DNA from: the human T2T-CHM13v2.0 reference genome, Homo sapiens
Assembly (NCBI RefSeq): GCF_009914755.1
Contig: NC_060935.1
Length of the DNA: 64,000 bases
Strand: one strand, 5' to 3'
This document shows positions 1-11,598 of this stretch, in pieces (the stretch's first letter is position 1; each line of letters begins with the position of its first letter). The notes below the pieces were generated by a model, which was not told the origin of the DNA, did no database searches, and saw only the letters and a program-made list of their open reading frames with translations. The position numbers and the translations under genes were made by a program.

Positions 1-602
1 ATAGTATAAATGAATCATTTGAGGTGATGACTGCATTTTAGGCAAATGATGACTTTCTTGGTTCCATTGGTTTGCAAGTAAAAGTTACACACATTGAAAA
101 GACACTGAAACAGATTTCCTAAATGCTTCATTTTCTGGATGCACCAATGTTGACCTACTATACATGTTAAATGGTTTTAAAATATCACCTTAAAATAAAG
201 GAAACTTCCAGCTACTAACTCAGCTCTGAATGGGCTATGAAAGGCTCCAAAGGTATGTGAAAAATTACTGTTATTTTGCTTTAAAAAATGTGATGTCTAA
301 GAGTGTCTGCAATGTTCTAATGCTTCAAAACATGTACGTAAGCCTTGTTTATCTGGAAATCATTTCTTTCTGCTTATATCATTTATAAATAGAAAATGTT
401 CTGTAATAACTTAAAATAGTTCCACATACATAATGCTTTTCGTGTCATAATACTTACTACTGGTCTATATTTACCAACATTTATCACATTTTACAAAATG
501 AAGTAGAAGAAAAAAAAGACAACGACTTTATGGCCCTGGAATTCCAGTAATGGTGACCAACATGTTTTAAATTCCAGTAAAGGTTATGGTTACATTTCAA
601 CA
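1..602 (+). ncRNA. BDNF-AS: Probable 3' terminal region of the antisense lncRNA BDNF-AS (5' boundary outside the window)
   Basis: Positional recall that BDNF-AS ends just short of the exon VII region. The sequence shows AATAAA at 194-199 and AGTAAA at 576-581, CA dinucleotides near 598-602 and a GU/U-rich tract at 604-622, compatible with a plus-strand cleavage site. Transcription cannot be shown from sequence. Confidence 0.4.
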
Positions 603-655
603 AGTGTCTCTTTCCTTTCTCTTACCTCTCCTGCTAACCCAGAGGTAAATTTACC

Positions 656-684
<29 letters not shown>
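656..684 (+). repeat. Poly(A) tract, A29
   Basis: 29 consecutive A, with no adjacent Alu or L1 body visible. Confidence 0.95.
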
Positions 685-688
<4 letters not shown>

Positions 689-1809
689 TAAGCAAGGCAT
701 TTGCAAAATCAGAAAACAGGAACAGGAGTTTAGTGATTGTTTTTAAAAGGTGCTGTTCCCAGGGTCAAAACTTTGTGGTGTAATTTCAACATGCTATGTT
801 ACCTATTATGTGTAATGCCTTGAAACGCTACATGCCATAACATCAGAAATCTCCAACCTAAAAATTATGTTGCATGAGATAAGCATTGAAGGCACACACG
901 TTCATACAAATTAAATCTGTAATTATGCCTCAATAAGTTAAAATGTAAAGACATATCAAATTGTAAGACCAAAATGGCTTTTGACCTTACAACAAACTCA
1001 TATAAAAATAGATTTTTCGATAATAATAAAGGGGAGAGAGAGATTTTGCAGGATATTGAGCCAGTAGGGAGGGGTCTCATTTAATATCATGTCGCCTTTT
1101 ATATGCAGTTAGAAAATCAACGTTCCCAATTACATATTACTTTGCTTTAAAAGATTACTAGGAGGATTAATAAACACTCAGAAATATGCCTTTCTTTGCT
1201 TCTGGCCAAGAACATTCCTGCGTGCTTGTCGGAAAATGTTCTTTGGTTGCTACTGACATTAAGGAGTAAGTGCAGGATAACTAGAGGACCCTAAAATAAG
1301 ATCCAAGAAGCCCTAACACACCGCCAATCGAGGCTTATCAAAGCTCCCCCAGCGCGAGGAAAACTTGCATAGAAGCCAAACAAGAACGAGGAGTCAAAAT
1401 CCACCGACGACGAGTCGCACGCCCCACCGAGCTGGAGTCAGCAGCACCATTCAACAAGTCCCTCCTACCAGCTCTCTAAGGGATCCCGCAAAACCTTCCT
1501 TTACCACTTCCCCACCCCCAGCCTCCCGCCCCCAGTAGCTGCTCTTGGCAGCATGGCCGGCAGAGGGCACCCTCTACCTTCCCTAGCTTCGTTCTCTGGG
1601 TCCCCTCCTCCTCCTCGCCTCCCCTCCACCCCGGTCCCTCATCCCCGCTCTACCCCCAACACACAAACACTGCATCCTCCAGTTCACCCTCGCAGCCCCG
1701 AGGCTTCTTCCTTAGGGATGCCCCTAGTCTGTAATCTCCCCTTCTTCTTGCCCGTCAGGCACAGAGCCCCCAATCCTCAGCTATTTCTTTCCAGGAGTAA
1801 CTCACTCAC

Positions 1810-1833
1810 CCATTCCTCTTCCCGGCTCTGCAT
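1810..1833 (-). CDS. BDNF: Exon VII-encoded N-terminal extension of prepro-BDNF, MQSREEEW (splices in phase 0 to exon IX)
   Basis: ATG CAG AGC CGG GAA GAG GAA TGG followed directly by GTGAGT; matches the known BDNF isoform N-terminus MQSREEEW-FHQVRRV-MTIL. Confidence 0.9.
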
Positions 1834-2050
1834 CCCCAGAGACTAACCCGAGTCAAGAATCCCCCACGTACATCCCAACCACTCCCCGAAAGTCAAAACT
1901 CTTAACTTCCCTGGAGGGCGCTTCAGAAGAGGGGCGCAGGATGGGTAGAGATGTGGGTTCGGCCTGCCCGAGAGTGTCGCAGACCCTTTCAGTTCCCAGC
2001 GGTAGGAATTCCGCCTCCCAAGTTTTCCAAGCTACATTGGCTTCGGACTT
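1810..2050 (-). other. BDNF: BDNF exon VII (5' boundary approximate)
   Basis: Minus strand ...GAGGAATGG|GTGAGT donor (intron GT at 1809-1808); contains an in-frame ATG. Confidence 0.8.
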
Positions 2051-2591
2051 GTAAGTCCACTTCAGTCTCAATTCCTGGGGAGCAGGTAGCCGTGTGCAGC
2101 TCCGGGGAAGGGATGCGGGCTGAAGGCGCAAGCTTCCCTCCCACTCCCCCCGCAAGTCGGCGCGGGGACCACCCACCCCCTGGAAGGATTCCTAGCCTAG
2201 CCCCAGCACCCTCCCCTCAGTCAGGACCCTCGACAGCTCTGGCCCCCTAAGTCTCTCTCGACTACTCCTGGGCTGGGGGAGGGCTGCGAGGGATCCCCGG
2301 GTCGCCGTCTTTGCTCCCATCACGCAGCTCTGGGTCTCCTCCAGGCCTTCCCTCCTCTACTTCGTGACTTCCCCGGGTCCCTTTTTCCCTGGTGGTGCCG
2401 GCTGACCTTCTGGGTTGTGGGATGGGGGAGAAAACTCCCCAAGAGTAACTCCAAATCGTCCCTTCTACCGGAGGGGAGGAAAGAAGGAGACTGGCCTCGT
2501 CCCACAACTTTGGGGTGGGGGATCCCCCAGTCAACTCTCTCCCGCGGACGGGCAGCTCCTGCACCAAGCCCCATTCCCAGCGCTTGCCTAC

Positions 2592-2920
2592 CTCGGGGTC
2601 CACACAAACCTCACGGGTCCCCGGCGGCGGAGTCACATCGTGGTTCCGATTCTGGCTCCAGCGCCCAGCCCCGGTCCCCGTCGCGGTGCTGCTCCCCGCC
2701 GGCCCCACAGCAGCGGTGGGTGTCTCATTAAAGCCCCCCGAGCAGGAGGTGGAGGGGCGCACCGGGCTGGCTCCTCTGTCCGGCCCGGGAGCCCGAGGCG
2801 CTACGGGGTGCGCGGGACAGCGAGCGGGCGGGTGCGCCCGGGCGCGGCGGCGGCAGCGGCGGGGACCCGGAGCTCCAGGCTGCGCCTTGCGCCCGGGTCA
2901 GACATTATTTAGCTCTTCGG
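2592..2920 (-). other. BDNF: BDNF exon VI with two donors (VIa ends 2610, VIb ends 2592); TSS approximate
   Basis: Minus strand ...GGGACCCGTGAG|GTTTGTGTGGACCCCGAG|GTAGGC: two donors 18 nt apart. Confidence 0.88.
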
Positions 2921-3100
2921 TTGAGCTTCGATTGGTCAAACGGCGCCGCCCCCCCCCCGCCCCCCGCCCCCCGCTCCCCGCTCGCCCGCGCTACCGATAC
3001 CCGTTCGAGGCGGCCGCTTAAAGGGAACGCCGCGTCTTTTCCTCGCGCGGGGAACCGAGGGGCGCCCGGAACTCCCCGCTCCCCCGGGGCCTGTCCTCAC

Positions 3101-3330
3101 CTCCTCCCCTAGGGCCCCGCGACATCGCCCTGCGAGTCCTGCGCCCTCCTGGGGCGCCTTGGACAGGACGCCCGCGGCTTCGAGGGGTGTTCCAGCCCCA
3201 GCCTCAGCCCCGGGGAACCCCGCGTCCCGCGCCCTCTGCAGAAACCCCGGCTGTGGGCGCTGGGGCGGGAGGGAGCGAGTGAGAATCGCACGCCCCGAGG
3301 TCTCGCTCCCCTAGCTTTCAACTCTCCCCT
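3101..3330 (-). other. BDNF: BDNF exon Vh (human-described leader exon); TSS approximate
   Basis: Donor GGAGGAG|GTGAGG (GT at 3100-3099), located between exons V and VI; GGCTGGAACACCCCTCGAA recalled as Vh sequence. Confidence 0.75.
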
Positions 3331-3395
3331 TCCTCCCCATCCCAGCACCCAAGTTCTCTGGGAGAGGGCGTGCGTTTCCCGGGCCACAGACACAC

Positions 3396-3461
3396 CTTCC
3401 CGCACCTTCCTGCACTACGGAGCTTGCGAACGCGAGCACACAATGAAATCGCACAGAGCAT
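3396..3461 (-). CDS. BDNF: Exon Vb-encoded N-terminal extension of prepro-BDNF, MLCAISLCARVRKLRSAGRCGK
   Basis: ATG at 3461-3459 runs 66 nt (22 codons) without a stop to the Vb donor in phase 0; matches a known BDNF isoform N-terminus. With the Va donor (56 nt) it is out of frame. Confidence 0.85.
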
Positions 3462-3480
3462 GGGGGCTATTGGTTTACTC
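3396..3480 (-). other. BDNF: BDNF exon V with two donors (Va ends 3406, Vb ends 3396)
   Basis: Minus strand ...GTGCAGGAAG|GTGCGGGAAG|GTGTGT: tandem donors 10 nt apart, formed by a near-repeat. Confidence 0.85.
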
Positions 3481-3721
3481 TGCTGCCTTAAACACGCCGG
3501 CTTAAACAGAGTTCGCGCACTGACCTCTCTAGAGTTTGCCTAATAGGAATTCAATCAAGATAATAACAGCATTTTTTATTGATGAACGCCCCCAGATAAC
3601 GTTACACCAAGTTACTTGTTCCAGCCAGGAAGCCCAGGCAATGACAGACCTCGCTAAAGCCACACGCTTTCTAGCCGACCAAACAGAAAAACGGAAAGAG
3701 AAAGAAAGAAAACAAACCCAC

Positions 3722-4058
3722 CTTTTCAGTCACTACTTGTCAAAGTAACCATCAAGGCAGCTGCTCCGGGAAAGACTTCGGCCCCAAAACTCCCACACTC
3801 TATTATTTTTTCACGTTCCCTTCGCTTAATTAAAGGGGGGAGGGGGCGCGAGTCTTTGGTGCCCGGTATGTACTCCTTCTGTTCTGCAGCAAAGAAGTTA
3901 AATTATTGATAGTGGAAATTGCATGGCGGAGGTAATACTCGCACCCCATCAGCGAGAAGCTCCATTTGATCTCGGCAGAGGCAGGGAGATTTCATGCTAG
4001 TTCGCCGGGGGGAGCGGCAGCGAGAGCAGCCCTCTCCGCGGTGAATGGGAAAGTGGGT
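3722..4058 (-). other. BDNF: BDNF exon IV (activity-induced leader exon)
   Basis: Begins near ACCCACTTTCCCATTCACC and ends ...GACAAGTAGTGACTGAAAAG|GTGGGT (GT at 3721-3720). Confidence 0.93.
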
Positions 4059-4088
4059 GGGAGTCCACGAGAGGGCTCCACGGTGCCT

Positions 4089-4147
4089 TGACGTGCGCTG
4101 TCATATGATACCTCCGCTGCCTCGAAATAGACACTCTAGTGCACGAA
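4089..4147 (-). promoter_or_regulatory. BDNF promoter IV calcium-response module: CRE/CaRE3 (4089-4096), USF element CaRE2 (4100-4109), CaRE1/CaRF site (4121-4130), bHLH-PAS element (4142-4147)
   Basis: Minus strand reads TTCGTG...CTATTTCGAG...ATCATATGAC...GCACGTCA in the established order and spacing, ~30-90 bp upstream of the exon IV TSS. Confidence 0.93.
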
Positions 4148-4634
4148 TTACCAGAATCAAAATTCAGCGCATTTAAAATGATACATCTTTTATTAGAAGA
4201 GTTCCGTTCCAGGGCATTGCATGCTTTTGCAGATGTTTTCACTTCCAGCCCCAGCAAACACACGTATAAGCTAACCCTTTTAATAACGAACCAGGGCAGC
4301 CAAGATAAATAAAAAGTCTTCTGCTTTAACCAGAGTGGGGGTAGGTGATTCGAGGGTGGGGGCAGAACTGGCTCAGTTAATCCTCCCCCGCCCTCCACCC
4401 CCACCACTGCCCGCAGCAAAAGAGCAAATAGCCTTTCGGGTTCTCATTTGCCTGTAGCCAAGACCCTTGAAGAGAACTTATATGGCTAGGGTCCAGAGGA
4501 CATTTTCAATTATCCATTTGATGAACTCTGTCAACCGTCTACCTGTGTTTCTGCTTTAAAGCTGAATTTTCTTCTCATTAGTTCAACCAATTTGTGCAGA
4601 CCTTAAAATTTAGAATAAAGAATAAGACAGCAGT

Positions 4635-4825
4635 ACCGTACTTAACTTGGAGACCCTGGACCTCCTCGGAGCATAAAAATCACCTGGGTGAGTGTTAAAA
4701 TGAAGGTCCCTCCTCCTGAAATTGTGATTTAGTAGGGGTGGGGCAGGGCCCAGGAGTTATAATTTTAATAAATACCACAAGCAATTCGAATGCAGACAAT
4801 CTGAAGTCACACTTTGAGAAACACT
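4635..4825. mobile_element. MER5-like hAT/Charlie DNA transposon relic
   Basis: ...AATCACCTGGG...GTAGGGGTGGGGCAGGGCCCAGGA...CACACTTTGAGAAACACT resembles the MER5A/B consensus. Confidence 0.6.
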
Positions 4826-7800
4826 CTCTTGGGGGTACAACACTGGGTATCAGAGGAATCTCCCACCAAGCCCACACCCAAATTCTGCAGGCAGCTTTCT
4901 GTGTGTGTGCGTTTTTCTGTAATCTCAAAGGGGTTTGACCTAATAATTGCGAAGACTATTGCTGTAAGAATTTCCCTAAAGACTCCAACATTAATTTTGC
5001 TAAAGGGAAAGATTTATAAACAGTTTCCTTTCCTGGACCCTCTTGTGGTTACCAAGAATGTGCTGTTGAACTGAATATATAATATTATTACATACTCAGT
5101 TCAATTTACCTAAGGGTTTACAGTTAGCAAAATGAATTCACTAACATTAGCTATTTTAGAACTTCTAAAGACTAGTGACAGAAATTATTTACCCGTTTTA
5201 TAAAAGAAGAATCCGATCCTCTGCCAGGAAATAATTTACCCACGTTCACACAGTGAAGTACCAGGGACAAGACTTCAGTGAACTCAAGAATTCCTGCTAG
5301 AAATAACCCTGCTTCCATCTCCCCCACCCCCTAAGTGAAGCTATCTGTTCCTTGGAAGTGTTATCAGAATGTGTGATCATTCAGAGCGCCTTTGCAAATT
5401 GTTGGACTAAATAGTCAAATTATTCAAATATATGCATATTCTTCGAGTGTCACACATTTAGCTTTGCACCTCTGTCAACTTGACAGAGCACATGACCAAT
5501 ACAAACTACCCTACAGCACAGATGGCAGAGTTTATTGTGGAATATTTAATGTATGTGAAATACGCAGGCTAACCAGAAAGCAATAAAGGACAGAGGGCAT
5601 GAAGCTGGATACCGCTACCCCAGAGACCCTCTGCGTTGGTTCCCAGGTTGTAAGATGAATGCAGGCACAATTTCTTTTAGTAGCACAATACAATTTAAAA
5701 GGCTAGTGTTATACATTTAAAAAAAATACTTGTACTACATTATAAAGGACTGGAGGAACCCTACTCCAAACTTTAACTTTGTTAACTTCAAACTGATGCT
5801 TCACATTTGCTTGAAAATGAGTTCTACCCTCAGGTTTTTAAGCTCAATTGTAATTTATTTCCTTCCTGAAAAAATACCTGGCAAGTTAATGCCAGGAATC
5901 TAAGCTAGCATTCTGAAGGCTGCTCACTTAGAAGTTATGGCAAATCTTTTTTCTGCTAAATTCACATTGGCACGTCAGCATTTCTGCTGAAGGAAAAAGT
6001 GTTCTCATTTCCCAGACTCTGATTGGGTGGGTCTATGGCCAATCTTCTTATTCCTACTCTCCCTTGACATTATATAAATAAATGTGTGTATCTTCGCTTT
6101 CCAGTGTGTGGTGCAGTTTTACTGAGGAAAAGACAGAGGAGTCAGAAATGTCAGGGATATTTAGAAAGAAAAGAAGATCAGATGCCAATTCAGATAACCA
6201 TGATGAATCACACCTCTTAACACTTGTAAGCATTTCCAAACTTTCTGATTTGTGATTATAGCATTGCCAATACTGTATGCGACCAGCTTAAAACATGTAC
6301 TTATTTGCCTTAAAAGTACATCTTACATTCAAAAACAATGAAGCCAAGATAAACAAAATTGTACCAGTGCCTTGCATGGAATTCTAAATATTATTTTTTA
6401 TTTGCTTAATTCAGGTAGCATATAGAGATAATTTTGGAGGTCTAAAATCAAACATTTTACAAAATTATTTCCCTATTGTGGGCAAGGATGATGCTGAGAA
6501 TATAGAGCATGCATTTCTCTTCTTCTTAAAAATTGGCCTCTGGCATAATTGATATGTTAGGAGCAAAGTTTCCAAGTTTATAATCTGAACATTTTCTCTA
6601 TTACTAAAATGAGGGAAAGTTTCACAGCTTGAAAAAATAATGCTACCTATTTCACTTTTGTGGGGCTTAAAAATTAATTGTGAATTCGTCTGAATCTTTA
6701 TTTCTTTTTGGTTATGTTCTAATATGATCCTAACCCAATGTTCCAGGGGGAACAAAGGTCAGGAAGAAATTTGAATTCCCATCTATTCTTGTCGGGAAAT
6801 ATAAACTAATCCTCATTACTCAAGTGAGAACAGAGGTAGTAGGCTTGACATTGACATGTTTTTACTATTAATAATTTTAATTGGCTGAGGTCAATTCTAT
6901 CACTATAAGCATTTTATATTTATGTTTATTTAAGCTTCCTAGTTACTCCTACCTTCAGTCTTCCTTGCAAGAAAAAAAAAATAAGTTGTCTAGTCTAGCA
7001 TCAAATAAGTTGGCCTAAAAAAACTGTTGAAACTTTCCGTAATTAGCATAGGGAAAATACTTAGTAAACAGAAAACTCTGCTGTTGAGCAGAGTGGCACA
7101 GGTGTTTTCAAACTCATCCTGGATAATTTGAAAGGCCTGGTCCAATGTTAAACTATGTCACTCGCAATCCTTGAAATTCTTGTATGAGGCCTGTCCTGAG
7201 AAAAACCTTAAGGGAGAAGTAATTTCCCTATTCATGAGATGTTACGTTCTCACTAAGCTTTTTATGAACCATAAGAATAGCTCAATACCATACCAAAATG
7301 TGTTCAAATTGGTCAACACCTGTTACAGGAGTTATGTAACCAGGCATAGCCATTAGTGGCAGACAAAAGAAAGGAACCACAGCAAGAAACTTTTAGAAGG
7401 GCCAAGACTAGGAGAGTAGAACAAGAGGGTCAAAAGCTGATCCCATCTGGGAATAATATTTAGTTGGATCAAGAAAAACGGCATAGAAACCATTAAGAAA
7501 CTGTTGAGACTAAACCCCCAAACATATGAGAAATATCAACTTGTAGCCCTCCAAGTTACCAGATTTGTGCTGAGAACATTTAAAAATTAATAATGAAGAA
7601 TAAATTTGGTTTACTTGTTGTAATAGTTCTATAAGCGTGGTCAAAAGGGATGTGAGATTGTGGGCATAAGTTAGAGCTGACAGTAATAAATAGCTGTGGT
7701 ATTAGTTGGTTTTGCTAGGAGAAAAGCCATGAGAAGAATTAACAAATTTAAACCAAAGGGTTTCAGGACATTGAATCAGATGAAAGATGAACGTTAGCTT

Positions 7801-10800
7801 ATTTTTGAGACTCACCTATTTAGGCTGTGTGATGTTTGGAGTGAGAGATTTTCTACAGCCAAATTTTAAATTCTTCATGAAAAAAATGAAAAAGAAGAAT
7901 ATGCAAAAATAATTTAGAAAAAAATAAGTGAACTTCCTAAAGTCTTATTTTAAAAACACACACTAAGAATTTGGCCTACTTTCATGTGATTCTGATACAT
8001 GAATCTACAAAGCACTCTTTAGTGGTCTTTTTGACCAAGGACTTGAGCAGGATGTGCAACTGGCCCTCTTTCTACCTCCAGATAGCACAGGCATGGTGAG
8101 AATGAAATCCTTAATAGTGCATGGTTGTGAAGAATGGGTTAGGCTTTAGATTAGTCTGGCATACAGAATCATTTGGAAACATCCGAAACTCCTGACTTTC
8201 TCAACTTTAGTTGCCTTTCACTTCATAGTTACAGTCATTCAGTTGATGAAAGATTGCTGAGTATCTACTATCTGTCAGGAGGCTATTCTATGGGCTGATA
8301 CAGGCAGATGCATAAAATACATTTTAGCCCTTTACATGCTCATATTCTAGGACATAAGAGTTGTATTTTAATCCATGGTGACACTTGCAAATTTGTTAAG
8401 TCTAGGAAGTTTTGTTTTGTTTTATTTTCCCTTGCCGTAGGTTTGGTGTGTAGAAAGATGATGGTAAACATGCCCCTAGTGGCCAGGGGGTGGTAGTGAT
8501 GGACAAGAAACTTGCTCCCAAAGCTGGAGTGGCACTTAGAGGCGGGGGAGGGCCCACCACGGTTAATCAGTCCCCAGTTATTTCGGTTAGCAGTGTTTTA
8601 CAAAAGGTAGACAAAAGAGAAGGAGTGGATAGGGTGAGAGGGAGGAAATCAGATAATTTTTGTTTGAGGCAAATAATTTTTCTAAATATGATAGATAGAC
8701 CTATAAAAGATAGGTCCAGAAGGGATCTTAAGAGATTATCTCATCTTTCTCACTATTTATAGGCCTGTCATTGCAGACCAGGGAAGTAGACTACACATCC
8801 TTCTTTTGGGGAGCTATCTAGAATCCAGCAATGCTGGTGCTTGGAAGTCCTCACTTGTAATGCATTTTTGTTCCTGTTGCAATTTATATCTTATTTCATT
8901 TCATTCAACCTTAGTGAAGATGGAGAACAGCTGCTTACTAACCTCCTTATGTTATTAAGTCACCACTCAGACTTTTCTCGTAGCAAAAGATCAGATCTCA
9001 CAACCTTTCTTCATAAACTCCAACTTTCAACCCATTAATCATTTCCCTTGGTCTACCCTGGACCTCCTCCAAGATTTCTATATTTTTCTGAAAATGTGGA
9101 GCCCCAAACCAGACATGTGTGTGAAATTATCCAGGGCTCAGGAAACACAGGAGTCATGAATTATCTGGACACAGCTGTTGGGAAAAACTAAAGGGAAGAT
9201 TCAATCAGATTGACAAATCTTCCCTTTGCAACTTGGAGACAAAGTAGTGGTTGTTTAATAAAAAGATGAGCCTTCATAACAAAGCTACGTCTTCTGTCCT
9301 TAGCTTTTAAATGAAGCATTATTTTCAAAAGAAACAACTCTTGAATAGAACATTTAGCTTTCACTGTTTTCCCCCTCAACAAAATTGTTTAAGAAACAGT
9401 GGCTTTTCTGTACTCCCTTTAAAATCCCAAGTTGTAGACCTTTCACATTTAAATTGGATTTGTGCTTTCATATTCTCAGGTGCTTATTATATACTGATAT
9501 AATTTCTCTCAAAGGTAAGGTCTATGAAATACTACACTACTTTTGAAGCTTTACCTTTCACCTAAATTGAACCATTTCTTTTCATTTGGTCTGCACACAA
9601 AATCCAGTTAGAATAAAGTGAATAAAACTAAGTTGAATTCAGTAAAAGAGAATTATGCTAACCTACATGATACCTAGAATCAAGTCTTCATAAATTCATC
9701 AAGTATGTCTCCATTATGGCCTAACAACCCAATGAGACCAAATCATGGGATCAGCAGAAATATTGTTCCCATTACTCAGGAGATATTCTATGGTGTCTGT
9801 AAAATCAGTCCAATTGGCCTAAGAAGACATTAAACCAGATATAGAATAAAGTTAGCACTCTAAAAAGAAATGGGGTAGCAGAGGAGAATGTTTACTTCCT
9901 CTTCATAATATCGCCTTGAGAAATTGTCCAGGGACTTTGTAACCAAAAAGAGACTGCTGCAAGTGTTTGCTGTAAGTAGGTACTTCTGAAACCTTAGTCA
10001 GCCAGTGAGAGGCACCAAGAAGTTATAAGTCTAGTTGGATATAGGAAAGGCTGATGCTGATACAGAAGAATAGGACAAATATAATGTTTCATAAAAGTTG
10101 AAGACAGAGAGATGGGGTGGAATGGGGAATGAATTGGTGAGAGTACAGCCATTAATTTAAATTCCAGCCCCTATAATTGTTTTTTGTTTGGTTGGTAGTC
10201 ACTGCCATGTATGTACTCTGGGAAATTACTTCTTTTTTTGCTGCTTGGACAGTAGTCATGACCTGGGAATGGGGGGTGGTGTGTGTGGGAGGTGAGGTAC
10301 TATACGGCTAGATATCCAATTTTGGAAGTCAGATGTCGACGCCATGATTCAGACTAAATATATTTCTGAGACACAAACTAAGACCATAGTCAGTTTTCCT
10401 CAAGATAGTTTCCATGCTGAATTAGAAAAATGAAGACCAACACTTCCTTTATTACCAGATTTCATGTGTCCCCCAAATGCAGTAAAATGTTTAATATTGA
10501 GGATCTTTTATTTCATAGGCATGTTTTCCTGAAGGCCTTGAGAAGAATGAGCCAAACATATGACCATCCACTGGCCTTTTTAATTTAAATAAGTTCCAAG
10601 TGTAAACAACTTAAGTTAGCTTTGCATTGTTTGTCCCTTTATGTTCATACTAAATACTGATTTGAACTACTATTCCCACATAATATTCTTATAGCATTAT
10701 AACCAGATTGTGGATGTAGATCATGTTAGAACTACTTTGCAAGCCAAATTTCCATTACCTTCCATCTTGTCCGCACACAAAAACTAATTAGAGCAAAGTG

Positions 10801-11145
10801 AGTAAAAATAAGTTGAATTCCATAAAGAAGAATCATGCTAATCTACATGATGCCAATTTATCTCAAAAGTATGTACAAGTTTGACATATTCTTGACTATT
10901 TCCTAGATTAATTTTTTTCTAATTTTTTTTTATTATTGTACTTTTGGAAATTCATATTGTTATTTATATGATTTTGCTCTCTGTTTCTAGAAAGAATTTA
11001 TAAAACATCAGATTTACTCTTTAATTAACTGATGTTTATAAGAGCACAATTTTAGAAGAGTAGTAATAAAAGTTAATCACAAAAGCAGAATTATATGTAT
11101 GGATATTATATGAGGAACAAAGAAATTGCTCCAAAGAGTATTTAG

Positions 11146-11598
<453 letters not shown>

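Larger units (their letters stand above)
2240..3520. promoter_or_regulatory. CpG island over BDNF exons V, Vh, VI and their promoters
   Basis: Very high GC and CpG density, GC boxes at 2945-2990, CCAAT box (ATTGG at 2931-2935). Confidence 0.9.

Noticed and set aside
1553-3405. Many overlapping 95-168 aa ORFs on both strands
   Set aside because: Pro/Gly/Arg-rich low-complexity products typical of CpG islands, mostly with non-ATG starts and crossing known donors; no recognisable domain.
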